From a virus (Duplodnaviria; Caudoviricetes), in the IMG/VR virus record IMGVR_UViG_3300050190_000052, positions 1 through 58,285 of that record: a DNA stretch of 58,285 nt; one strand, written 5' to 3'. Shown here one piece after another: positions 1 through 9,600 of the stretch. Numbering within the stretch: the stretch's first letter is position 1; every line of letters begins with the position of its first letter. The notes beneath the pieces were generated by a model. The model searched no databases. It was given only the letters and a program-made list of their open reading frames with translations, and was not told the DNA's origin. The position numbers and the translations under genes are program-made.

Positions 1-32
1 AGGGTTATGATCTTGACGAAAGGAGAAAGATA

Positions 33-416
33 ATGAGCGAACACACACTCGCCCCGGGATATTGCACCGGGGCCGCCGTAGATGGCGCCTGGCAGCGCGG
101 GTTTGACCTGTCAGGGGCGGATTGGCGCGCGGTATTCCTGGCGATCACTGATCATTTTGCAACAGATGGAAAACGTTGCGATCGAGATCATGTCGCTGCT
201 GAATATGTTGGACAGATACGCGACGGCATGGAGCGTTGGACGATCAGCTTTTCTGGGCGGCAGTTCGACGCGCTTTACGACCCTTTCCGGGCTGTCGTTT
301 ACCGGGTCGTCGATGGAGCCCAGCCTTTACAAACCATGATTGACGCCCAACCGCCACCAGACCCTCCGTCGCTGTCGGCAGAGGCGTCTTCCGCTTCTTT
401 GGTTTTTTCGGCTTAG
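33..416 (+). CDS. hypothetical protein
   Basis: 127-aa ORF with AGGAG RBS upstream; no recognised motif; overlaps a competing minus-strand ORF. Confidence 0.5.
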   Translation: MSEHTLAPGYCTGAAVDGAWQRGFDLSGADWRAVFLAITDHFATDGKRCDRDHVAAEYVGQIRDGMERWTISFSGRQFDALYDPFRAVVYRVVDGAQPLQTMIDAQPPPDPPSLSAEASSASLVFSA

Positions 417-825
417 GTTTGCGGCCGACCTTGCGGAGTTTGCCGGCGTGATCCGGCGGCACAGGTTCGTACGCATACATGGGTTGAGGTTGGGGGCCTC
501 GGTTGCGCACCCGCAGAGCGATCGTGGCGGCGTCCATTTTCCTGTTGTTCGCGGCAAATGCGCGGCTGTCTGGCGGCCTGCGCAATCCTAAGTGCGATGC
601 CATCATCCGGCACTGCCATTCGGTCACCAGTTTTGGCGCGGGGAACGCATTGATCCGGTCGATGATGTCCCAGCAGGGTTTATGGGAACCCCAATGGCGC
701 CGAAGAGATGCTACCCTTTGGCCGCCCGGCCAGTAATTATCGATGACGAACGGGGTGATGCGCCGCGGCTTGCGCCGGTAGCCGCCCTTTGACCGCGTGA
801 CAGGCTTCGGAACGATCCTTGTCAA
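244..825 (-). CDS. hypothetical basic protein
   Basis: 193-aa K/R-rich ORF co-oriented with and just downstream of the MarR-like gene; 3' end overlaps ORF 33-416. Confidence 0.4.
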   Translation of the reverse strand: MTRIVPKPVTRSKGGYRRKPRRITPFVIDNYWPGGQRVASLRRHWGSHKPCWDIIDRINAFPAPKLVTEWQCRMMASHLGLRRPPDSRAFAANNRKMDAATIALRVRNRGPQPQPMYAYEPVPPDHAGKLRKVGRKPKPKKPKKRKTPLPTATEGLVAVGRQSWFVKAGLHRRPGKRQPGKGRKARRTAAQKS

Positions 826-844
826 ATGACTACCTGAAACGCCT

Positions 845-1237
845 TCACCGCAGCCCGCGCCGGCGTTTCGGTGATGCCTTCTCGGGTTTCGCGGGTTCGC
901 CCAGAACGCTCTGGATCAGCCGATGCCCGGCGTCCGTCACCGTGAACACGGATGTTCGGCGGTCTCCGGGGATCTGACTGCGTTTGATCAACCCGTCATT
1001 CGACATTTTCAACCCCGCCCGCGAGATTACCGGCCGGAACCAATTGAAGTGGATGGCGAGTTCGCGCACCTGACGATCACGATCCAAGGTCGTCACGGCG
1101 CAATGAAACAGGATCGCAGCCTGCCGAAGGGTCATATCCGGACACGCTTCTGCAAGAACGTTGAAGCCTTCGGTAATCGTATGCATTAATGTCGGTCTCC
1201 CGTGTGATGATGATAATTCTATACGGTCGAAGTTCAT
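845..1237 (-). CDS. MarR-family winged-helix transcriptional regulator
   Basis: MTLRQAAIL...VRELA...RPVISRA...GLIKR..PGDRRTSVFTVTDAG, the MarR wHTH pattern with DRR wing motif. Confidence 0.8.
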   Translation of the reverse strand: MNFDRIELSSSHGRPTLMHTITEGFNVLAEACPDMTLRQAAILFHCAVTTLDRDRQVRELAIHFNWFRPVISRAGLKMSNDGLIKRSQIPGDRRTSVFTVTDAGHRLIQSVLGEPAKPEKASPKRRRGLR

Positions 1238-1386
1238 AACCGCAAGAGGATGATTGACAGAGGGACGTCGCCTGGATCACTGTCCGCCTGTTCCTTTCCC
1301 GGAACACATCTGAACCTTGGCCGCGCCGTCAGACCAACCCAATGTGCCAATGGACGAGGCGGCGCGGTCCTTTCATCGGATAAGAT

Positions 1387-1626
1387 ATGGCGAATGGCCC
1401 CTACAGCCGGATCGTGATCAAGCGGGCCAATGGCCGCACCGAGATTATCGGTCGAGCCGGACACCTGGATCCCAACCGTATGGTCCGTGAACTGGCGCCC
1501 TTTGGCGACGTGCTCGCCGTCCGTCACGAGCAGGCCGAAGGGAACGGGCCGCCGACGACGGTAGCCATCCATACCATCCGGCTTACTCCAGCGCAGATCA
1601 AACAGCGGGCGAAGGGCAACGGTTGA
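1387..1626 (+). CDS. hypothetical protein
   Basis: 79-aa ORF, first of a translationally coupled + strand run. Confidence 0.5.
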   Translation: MANGPYSRIVIKRANGRTEIIGRAGHLDPNRMVRELAPFGDVLAVRHEQAEGNGPPTTVAIHTIRLTPAQIKQRAKGNG

Positions 1627-2123
1627 TGCCATTGACATCTGGCACCTCAGGCCGAACTCGTAGTAAGAATATTGCCGAGATGATCCGGGCGGGTCACCCG
1701 GCGAAGCAAGCCGAGGCCGCCGCCTACCGCGAGCAGCGGGCAAGCAAATCAAAGGTATCCCACAGGAGTTCCAAAATGCCCGAGAATTCAAGTCACGCGC
1801 CCGGCCGGGAAATCAGCGGAGAAGGCGGCGCGGTCCGCCAGCGCCACCGTATGGGTGAAGGAGAAGGAGCCATGAAGGGCGAAAACTTCGGCGTCGGCTC
1901 CATGCCGGGGACGCATATCGTCGGCAACCACGGCGACCACATGCCCCATGACGGCATGCACCTGGCCGACGAACACCGCTCCGGACCGCCCGCCCTCGAC
2001 CAAGGGAAGGGAATGATGGGAGCAACAGCCCATTCGCATCACGGCCCTCATCATCATCACAGCGACAAGATGTCCGAGGAAACGCGGCCGCATCACATCG
2101 ACGGCAAGAAGCACAGCAAGTAG
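1626..2123 (+). CDS. small basic N-terminal module plus His/Gly-rich low-complexity protein
   Basis: MPLTSG...NIAEMIRAGHPAKQAEAAAY resembles a recurrent small phage protein; C-terminal HSHHGPHHHH; internal AGGAG+ATG at about 1776. Confidence 0.6.
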   Translation: MPLTSGTSGRTRSKNIAEMIRAGHPAKQAEAAAYREQRASKSKVSHRSSKMPENSSHAPGREISGEGGAVRQRHRMGEGEGAMKGENFGVGSMPGTHIVGNHGDHMPHDGMHLADEHRSGPPALDQGKGMMGATAHSHHGPHHHHSDKMSEETRPHHIDGKKHSK

Positions 2124-2126
2124 CCG

Positions 2127-2339
2127 ATGGCAAAGCCCGAGGCGCCCGCCGAGAAAGTCAGAGTCCGAAGGATCGATAACGGCTTCCTGGTGACGCGGGC
2201 TGGCGTGACGCCTCGCGGCAAGGTCTACCACCGCGAGGAATACGCGGCCGAACGGCCCGGAACCAAGCCGGCCGCCGCCGCCGCCCCGAAAGGCAAGCCG
2301 CCGGCGCGCGAAGTGGGCTTCCTGAAAAAAAGGAGTTGA
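2127..2339 (+). CDS. hypothetical protein
   Basis: 70-aa basic ORF in coupled run (VRVRRIDNGFLV). Confidence 0.55.
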   Translation: MAKPEAPAEKVRVRRIDNGFLVTRAGVTPRGKVYHREEYAAERPGTKPAAAAAPKGKPPAREVGFLKKRS

Positions 2340-3091
2340 CGATGGTTGACGAACCCGTGCTGGCCCCGGTCCCGAACATCACCTTTCACGCGCTGTCCGA
2401 TCAGCCGACCAAGGTTTTCGTCCACCTCGGAGACAAGATCCGGACGTTCACCGAAGGTAGCATCGCCCGGTTGCGAGTGACGCTGAAAAACGTTCTGATC
2501 GCTGAGTTCGGCATGCAACAAGACAATGCCGAGAGTTACGCCAATGAGGCCGTTGACGCCGATGGCATCAAAGCAGCCGAGCCCGACCATATCGCGCTGC
2601 TCCAGGAACAGCTCGCCGATACCGACAAGCAGTTGACCGACATGACCGCGGCAAAAATGATAGCTGATGCCAATCTCAGCCAGATGCGGGACGAACTGAA
2701 GGTTGCCCGGAACGACATCGCCGGCATGAAGGCCGAGATGGTCAAGGTGGAGCACGACACAGAAGATGCGGCTCAGCCGGGGGGTGTCATACTTCCGCCG
2801 CCTGCGACCGATCCGCCCCAGATACCGGCAGCCGCGATGAGGACGGCGGCTACCGGCGGCGGCGGGTCCGCTTCAACGCCCGTGCCTGTCCCGGCCGATG
2901 TCGCAGCGCTGATGCCAGTCGGGGAAACGCAACCGCACGATCCGCGGGGACCCCACGTTCCAGGCGCGGAAGCCGCTTCGGTGTTCGCTCGGGAGCCTCC
3001 GGTGATGCTGGCCCCGCCGCCGCCGGCGCCAGACGTTTCGGTTACGAAGCCATCCGACAGTGCAAAGGGAACGGAAAATGGCCAGGACTGA
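2336..3091 (+). CDS. coiled-coil protein with Pro/Ala-rich tail
   Basis: 251-aa ORF with heptad-like LQEQLADTDKQLTD...LSQMRDELKVARNDIAGMK; AGGAG RBS. Confidence 0.65.
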   Translation: MTMVDEPVLAPVPNITFHALSDQPTKVFVHLGDKIRTFTEGSIARLRVTLKNVLIAEFGMQQDNAESYANEAVDADGIKAAEPDHIALLQEQLADTDKQLTDMTAAKMIADANLSQMRDELKVARNDIAGMKAEMVKVEHDTEDAAQPGGVILPPPATDPPQIPAAAMRTAATGGGGSASTPVPVPADVAALMPVGETQPHDPRGPHVPGAEAASVFAREPPVMLAPPPPAPDVSVTKPSDSAKGTENGQD

Positions 3092-3257
3092 ATCAAAGCA
3101 CGCCGATCCCCGGATGGCCCATCATTCCGGGGCGCATGCCCACATGCCGCCAATGCAAGCGGCGCCACCGGTGATGATGCCGCCCGCCGCCGCGCCCGCC
3201 GTCGCCGCACCGGATCCAACTTTGCCGGCCGCGCCCGTCGCGCCACAAGGAACCTGA
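3078..3257 (+). CDS. small His/Pro/Ala-rich hypothetical protein
   Basis: MARTESKH... in coupled run. Confidence 0.5.
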   Translation: MARTESKHADPRMAHHSGAHAHMPPMQAAPPVMMPPAAAPAVAAPDPTLPAAPVAPQGT

Positions 3258-3261
3258 TCCC

Positions 3262-3447
3262 ATGGCCACCAACAATGCCGATTACGCGTACCATCCGCCG
3301 TCCGGCGCCGCCTACAAGCCGCCAGACGCTGATCCAACAATGGAGGGGCAGCCGCCCAATCAGGACGCCGAGACACACGACGTTGTTCGTGATCAGAGTC
3401 GACTCGGCGGCGTGCGCGCGCTGAACCTGCCAGATCGAGGAGCCTGA
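3262..3447 (+). CDS. hypothetical protein
   Basis: 61-aa ORF, AGGA RBS, 4 nt after previous stop. Confidence 0.55.
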   Translation: MATNNADYAYHPPSGAAYKPPDADPTMEGQPPNQDAETHDVVRDQSRLGGVRALNLPDRGA

Positions 3448-3451
3448 TCCC

Positions 3452-3679
3452 ATGGCCAAGAAACACCCCGGCGACGACGGCGATTGGTGTCTCGACTCGG
3501 CCTCGCCTGAGCCGATGACCATCCGCGAACGCCTCAACACGCTGCTGACGCCGCCCGATCCCGGCTGTGTCCGCGTGATGGAGGCCGAGGAAGCGTTCCT
3601 CCGCTCCGTCAAGCCGTTCACCACGAAACGGTTCACCGACCGCCGGCCGATCCCGGGCCGTGACAAGCTGATCCCGTGA
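3452..3679 (+). CDS. hypothetical protein
   Basis: 75-aa ORF, GAGGAG RBS. Confidence 0.55.
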   Translation: MAKKHPGDDGDWCLDSASPEPMTIRERLNTLLTPPDPGCVRVMEAEEAFLRSVKPFTTKRFTDRRPIPGRDKLIP

Positions 3680-3888
3680 AGAAAGAGGACACGGCCACGG
3701 CGGCGCGGCACGCCATCTACAAAGCTGGAACGGCGACCCGCCAACAGGTGGCAGACGGCACGATCGGCGAGGAGTCACTGAAGGCCAAGGGGTTTGTGAA
3801 GAGCCCCGAGACCGGCGACTGGCGCCGGTTGCCTGCCGTGAAGGTTGATGCGCAGACCTTATTCGAATGCCTCTTGGTCGGGTTCTGA
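3676..3888 (+). CDS. hypothetical protein
   Basis: 70-aa ORF with GTGA overlap. Confidence 0.5.
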   Translation: MKKEDTATAARHAIYKAGTATRQQVADGTIGEESLKAKGFVKSPETGDWRRLPAVKVDAQTLFECLLVGF

Positions 3889-3935
3889 TGCCAATAACCA
3901 CTGGCAATGCACCGAAGGCGCTTAGCGGAGGTACC

Positions 3936-4127
3936 ATGGCAACGCAGCCGAAGAAGTGGATGGCCGGGGTCGTAAAGCATCCCGGCGCGCTTCATGCCGC
4001 CCTGGGCGTAAAACAAGGCCATAAAATTCCAGCCAAGAAGATGGCCGAGGCCCGGCATTCCAAGAGCCCGCGCGTCCGTAAAATGGCCGGTCTGGCCAAG
4101 GCATTTGCGCACGCCCATCATCCGTAA
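3936..4127 (+). CDS. small basic phage protein
   Basis: MATQPKKW...KHPGALHAALGVKQGHKIPAKK; GGAGG RBS; TAATG coupling to terminase. Confidence 0.65.
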   Translation: MATQPKKWMAGVVKHPGALHAALGVKQGHKIPAKKMAEARHSKSPRVRKMAGLAKAFAHAHHP

Positions 4128-5617
4128 TGGCGATCTACAACTGCTCCGACATGCCGACCATCGGAGCTTTTTTCGACTCGGACGCATTTATCAGGGGCCT
4201 ATCGGGGCCATTTGGCTCCGGGAAAAGTTCAGCGTGCGCGATCGAAATAGCCCAGAGGGGCGTAGCCGTTCCACGCGGGCCGGACGGTGTTCGGCGCAGT
4301 CGGTATGCTGTCGTGAGGTCGACCAGCAAGCAGCTGGAGGACACCACCGAGCGTACATGGCTGAGTTGGTTTCCACCCCACCAGTTCGGCGACTGGACAC
4401 CATCGAAGCACAATTACACGATCCGCAACCTGAAAGGGGAAGGTGACGACCGGGGCGCCGAGGTCGAAGTGCTCTTCCGCGCGCTGGACCGGCCCGACCA
4501 GATCCGCGATCTTCTGTCGCTCGATCTGACCGGCGCCTGGGTGAACGAAGGGCGCGAGACGCCCTGGCAAATCATCGACGCATTGCAGGGGCGCCTTGGC
4601 CGATATCCCCGCCGTCAGGACGTTCCGGTGTTCTGGTCCGGCTTGTGGATGGACACCAATCAGCCTGACGTTGACTCAGAATGGTTCAAGTTTTTCGAGG
4701 AGACCGACCATTCCGAGGCGGTCGCGAAGTTGGCCAAGGTTCCGGATTTCACGGGTCTGACCGTCGAGACGTACCGGGCGTTGTTCAAACAGCCATCCGG
4801 CCTGTCTGCCGCGGCGGAAAATCTTCGGAACCTGCCGCCCGGGTATTATGAACGTCTCGCCATTGGGAAGAGCCCGGAGTGGATCCGGATCTACATTCAC
4901 GGCGAATATGGCTTCGAGATGGACGGAAAGGCCGTCTGGCCGGAGTATTCGGATGATATTCATTGCCCGGAGAAGAAGGAAAATTGGCCAAAGCCGATCA
5001 GGAATCTGCCGATCGTCCGTGGCTGGGATAGCAGCGGCCTGACGCCGGCATGTGTGTTTACCCAGATCACGCCGCGCGGCCAGTGGATCGTTTTTGACGA
5101 GATCGTGGCTACTGAGATGGGCGCTACCACGATCGGTGAGGCGGTGCTCGACCATAGCGCGCGGTATTATCCGGGCTTCGAGTTCTGGGACGTTGGAGAT
5201 CCGGCGGGTATGTCGCGCTCGCCCACCGACATGCGGACCTATTTCGACGTGCTGCACGCGCTCGGCATTCCGATCGAACCGGCCATTCAGACCCTGGAGA
5301 TCAGGCTTGAGTCAGTTCGTAAGCCGCTCCGTATGCTGAAAGAGGGGCGCCCGCAATTCGTGCTGCACCCGCGCTGCAAGATTCTTCGGAGAGCCTTTCT
5401 CGGTGGATATCACTACAGAAAACTTCGAATTACCGGCGATCGGTTCACGACGGTCCCAGACAAGAATTCATTTTCTCATGTGGCGGACGCGCTGGGATAT
5501 GCCGCCACCCGGGTGTTCGGCTCCGGCATCCTGACTGGGCCGCAGTTTGATGCGGCACGGCAGAGAGATTACGAAGGAATATCAGCGGGCCGACGCTCGA
5601 CTGTCACGGGATATTAG
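4127..5617 (+). CDS. terL: terminase large subunit
   Basis: Walker A GPFGSGKSS, Walker B AWVNE, RNase H-like nuclease half (RGWD...GDPAG...SHVADALGY); upstream of portal. Confidence 0.92.
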   Translation: MAIYNCSDMPTIGAFFDSDAFIRGLSGPFGSGKSSACAIEIAQRGVAVPRGPDGVRRSRYAVVRSTSKQLEDTTERTWLSWFPPHQFGDWTPSKHNYTIRNLKGEGDDRGAEVEVLFRALDRPDQIRDLLSLDLTGAWVNEGRETPWQIIDALQGRLGRYPRRQDVPVFWSGLWMDTNQPDVDSEWFKFFEETDHSEAVAKLAKVPDFTGLTVETYRALFKQPSGLSAAAENLRNLPPGYYERLAIGKSPEWIRIYIHGEYGFEMDGKAVWPEYSDDIHCPEKKENWPKPIRNLPIVRGWDSSGLTPACVFTQITPRGQWIVFDEIVATEMGATTIGEAVLDHSARYYPGFEFWDVGDPAGMSRSPTDMRTYFDVLHALGIPIEPAIQTLEIRLESVRKPLRMLKEGRPQFVLHPRCKILRRAFLGGYHYRKLRITGDRFTTVPDKNSFSHVADALGYAATRVFGSGILTGPQFDAARQRDYEGISAGRRSTVTGY

Positions 5618-5803
5618 GAACCTCGTCCAAATTCCCCGTGAAGGCGAGCTGCGGCCTATGTTCAGCGTGTGCCATGCGTTGAATGTGCGCAGAAACCGGA
5701 AGTCTGACTTTGGTCTGGGCCACCAAAAAAGCTCACCCGTCTCTGAGTTGTATTCGAGACGGTTGCGTAGGTCTTCCTGAGAAGGTAATGATCGGACAGC
5801 CAT
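5582..5803 (-). pseudogene. N-terminal remnant of an HNH-type homing endonuclease
   Basis: LPSQEDLRNRLEYNSETGELFWWPRP is the usual N-terminus of phage HNH/AP2-type endonucleases; the ORF ends before any HNH motif. Confidence 0.6.
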
Positions 5804-5907
5804 CTTTTCCTCCAGGCAAGGAATTCGTGGTCAGGGGCGGTCTGGCGGTTGCACGCCGGGCCGTCCTGCATTCTACTACGAAAACGATACCGAACAAGGA
5901 TGAACTG

Positions 5908-6207
5908 ATGCCTGATGAAATCGAAGACGAGCCGTTGAACGGTCTGGGCACCCTGGCCCCGGTAAAGTCCAGTCTTTTGCTGTTCAAGGCGCGCGGCACA
6001 TGCGCCGGCTGTGAGTTCAGTGCCAAGGAAGGCGTCGATCGCGTCTGCCGGTTCGAGCCGCCTGAGGTCTTCATGTTTCTGGTCCCAACGATGGTGCCCG
6101 GGACGCGTGGGCCGCAACAAGGTCTCTCGCCGCAATCGTTCACGCAATTTCCCATCGTGCAGGATGGCCAGTGGTGCGGTAGGTATGAGGACAGGGCGTT
6201 GCGGTGA
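5908..6207 (+). CDS. Cys-containing hypothetical phage protein
   Basis: CAGC...CRFEPP...FPIVQDGQWCGRY; start placed at ATG 5908 after AAGGA. Confidence 0.6.
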   Translation: MPDEIEDEPLNGLGTLAPVKSSLLLFKARGTCAGCEFSAKEGVDRVCRFEPPEVFMFLVPTMVPGTRGPQQGLSPQSFTQFPIVQDGQWCGRYEDRALR

Positions 6208-6674
6208 TCATGGTCCCGCGCATCACCGGTGAACTTGTGCGGCTGCGCCAGGCCAATGCGGCGACTGCCGGCGGACCGCTCGCTGAAGTACCGATTGACG
6301 TTGAACTCACTGTGTTCGAGCAGTACCCGCCGGCACTGCGGTGCGCGTTCAATGAAACCGCGACCAAGGTGAATTGCCTCGCGTTCGTCGACCACTACAA
6401 CTGGGCGGTCCGGCAGGGCTTCAGTTATGAGCCGACGTTGCGCAAACTCCACGATATGGAACGGAACGAGATTGCGGTGTTTGCCGGCCAGTTCCGCGCT
6501 CAGCATAAGTGTGATCTGCCTCACACTGCCGCTGGCGCCACGGTGCAGCGTTACGGCGACCTTGGGCCGAGCCGTCATCCGCCGCGGCGAACCGGAAAAC
6601 CGATCCTTCAAAGGCGCGCCAGAAAACGCCGCTTTCGGAACTATGTCCCGGCTGTGATAGAGATGTCGGCCTGA
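6204..6674 (+). CDS. hypothetical protein
   Basis: 156-aa ORF with GTGA overlap. Confidence 0.55.
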   Translation: MIMVPRITGELVRLRQANAATAGGPLAEVPIDVELTVFEQYPPALRCAFNETATKVNCLAFVDHYNWAVRQGFSYEPTLRKLHDMERNEIAVFAGQFRAQHKCDLPHTAAGATVQRYGDLGPSRHPPRRTGKPILQRRARKRRFRNYVPAVIEMSA

Positions 6675-6693
6675 CCACGGAGGTCTACCGCCG

Positions 6694-9600
6694 ATGAGTG
6701 CCACGCTCGCCCCACCGCCGCCGCCGAACGGCATATCCTCTATCGCGGCCCTCGCCGGCGGGACCGGTGCGTCCCCGCCCATCTCCTCTGAGCCTGATGA
6801 TCATCCCAATCCAGAGTTACGCGATCAACTGACGCGCTGGGTTGGCATGAAGAACATCGCGGCCGATCCCGACGACAATATGGAACCGAACCCGGAGATC
6901 GGTGACGATATCGCGCGCATCGCGGCCCGGGTGCGCTCTGACTATGACATCGACGAACTGAGCCGGGCCGACTGGCGCGAGAAATATCGCAAGTGGCTGG
7001 ACTGCGCTTTGCAGGTCACTGAGCACAAAACCTATCCATGGCCTGAGGCGTGCTTTTCACTCGATACCGATGTTCTGACCGATTCGGGTTGGAAGCCAGT
7101 CGCCGAGATCGCCATCGGTGAAAGGGTCCTCAGTCGCGCGCCATCCGGTGCCGCGGCATTCTATCCGGTGACCGAGCGCCATCGGTTCACGGCTCTGTCA
7201 ATGGTGCATTTCACCGGTAAGAGCATCGACCTGATGGTGACGCCGAACCACAGGATGTTGGTCGAGAGCAAGTTCGGCAAGCGGAAGAAGCAGCATTTCA
7301 TCGAGGCGGGGCGGTTCTTGGAGGAGCGTCTGGCATTTCGATACATCCCGCTTACGTCGCAGTGGACGGGCGACCCCCTGTCGGAGATCCATGGGGTAAG
7401 TGCGGAGGCGTACGCGCGATTCCTGGGTTGGTACATCTCCGAGGGCTCGGCCTTCACTGGACACAATACCCACACATTGAAGGATGGAACTTTCAGGGAT
7501 TATGGAAAGAGTCCGAGCAGCTTCGCTATCGCGCAGAGCCAGACCGCCAACCCCGTAAAGTTCGAACGCCTTCGGCACGACATCGAAGCCTGTAGGTTCA
7601 CCTGTAAAGCCACGCCCACCGGTTACATCGTTCATGCCAGGTCGATGCCCAATGCTGCGAAAGACGAACTTAGATCGCTTGGTTTATCACACCAGAAACA
7701 TGTGCCTGATTACCTGCTGACAGCGTCCGTTCCGGTACTCAAGGCCCTCCTTGATGGCCTGATGGCCGGTGATGGCTGCATTCGGGAACGCAATGGAAAG
7801 GAGGAAAGCTGGTCCTATTCTACTGTTTCCCGCCGGTTGTCCGACCAGATGCAGGACATATGTCAGAAGATTGGCTGGCGCGCGACCGTGGCGGAAAGAG
7901 CGGCGGTCGTCGGAGGGGTAATCAACGGGCGGCAAATCACCGGGGCTCAAACTTGCTACCTGATCGCGATCAACCGCAAGTCCCGTATCCAGGTCGTTAA
8001 AATGGACCGGCAAGCGGTCTTTGGACCATGCGAGGTCGCCTGCGTCACCGTCGAACCGCACCACACACTCTATGTGCGCCGCAACGGCAAAGCCCTCTGG
8101 TGCGGCAACTCCAATGTCATATATCCGCTGATGACGACGGCGGCCATCCAATTTGCCGCCCGCGCTTACCCGGCGATCATCCGAGATCGCAACGTCGTCA
8201 AGGGCACCGTCATTGGCGACGACAAAGGCGTGATCAATCCGGCGTTTGTGCATCTGCTACAAGCCGCGCACGCGCATGATCAGGCGATGGCGCAGCAGCA
8301 ACAGCAGGGAGGGCAGCCACCGCCGGGCGGCCCGCCTCCTGGCGCTCAACCCCCAGGCCCTGGTCCTATGCAGCAGTCAGGACCGGCCGCGTCGCCTCAG
8401 CCGGGTCCCGGAATGCCGCCGCCAGGACAGGCCGGCCCCGGTATGGGGCTCCCGGCGGGGATGCCGCGGCAGTGGCTGGAAGAGCCCGGGGCAAAGCAAA
8501 AGCGAGCGCTCCGCATCGGCCGGCACATGAGCTGGCAGCTTCTGTTCGAACAAGAGGAATGGGAACCGCAGACCGACACGCTTCTGGTGGCACTCCCGAT
8601 CGTCGGCACGTATTTCCGCAAGTCCTACTACGATCAAAGCCTCGGCCGGAACGTGAGCGAGACTGTCGACGCACTGGCGCTATGCGTGAATTATTACGCC
8701 AAGAGCTTTGAGACATCGCCTCGAAAAACAGAGTCGATCCGGATGTACCCGGACGAAATCGAGACAGCGATCCGCTCCGGTCTGTTCATTGATTGGGACG
8801 GTGACGGTGCGCTGGCCTATGGCCATGACAGCGGCGTCACCATGGAGGACGAGAAGCGGCGCGATCCCAATAGCCAGCAGGACGAGGACGCGGCGGTCAC
8901 CTTCCTGGAACAGCATCGGCGCTGGGATCTGGATGGCGATGGCTATCCCGAGCCGTACATCATCACCGTGGCGCGCGACAGCGGCAAACTCGCGCGCATC
9001 GTCGCCGGCTTCGAAATGGATGGGGTGCATTTCAACCGGAAGGGCCAGGTTCGGAAAATCGACGTCGTCGCTGTCTATACGAAATACGGGTTCATCCCGA
9101 ACCCCGACTCCAAGGTCTACGATCTTGGCTTCGGGCATCTCCTGTTTCCGATCAACGAAGCGGTGAACACCACCATAAATATGATGATCGACTCCGGGCA
9201 CCTTCAGATCGTCGGCGGCGGTTTCATCGGGTCCGGGCTGTCGATCAATACCGGCACGGTCCGGTTCACCCATGGCGAGTACAAGCCGGTCAACACGTTC
9301 GGCGGGAACATCCGCGACAACATTTACCAGATACCGTTCCCTGGCCCCAACCCGATCCTGATGCAGTTGCTGCAATTCCTGATCGAATCTGGCGAACGTG
9401 TCGCCTCCGTGAAGGACGTCATGGTCGGCGACATGCCGGGCGACAACACCTCAGGCATCACGACGCTGGCAGTGATCGAGCAGGGCCTGAAGGTGTTCTC
9501 CGCGATCTACAAGCGGATCCACCGCTCGCTCGGCTACGAGTTCAAAAAACAATACCAGCTGAACCGAAAGTATAGCCGTAAGGAATCGCAGTACCAGGAA

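Noticed and set aside
8270-8470. Gln/Pro/Gly-rich insert in the portal as a second mobile element
   Set aside because: In-frame low-complexity loop with no splicing or end motifs.
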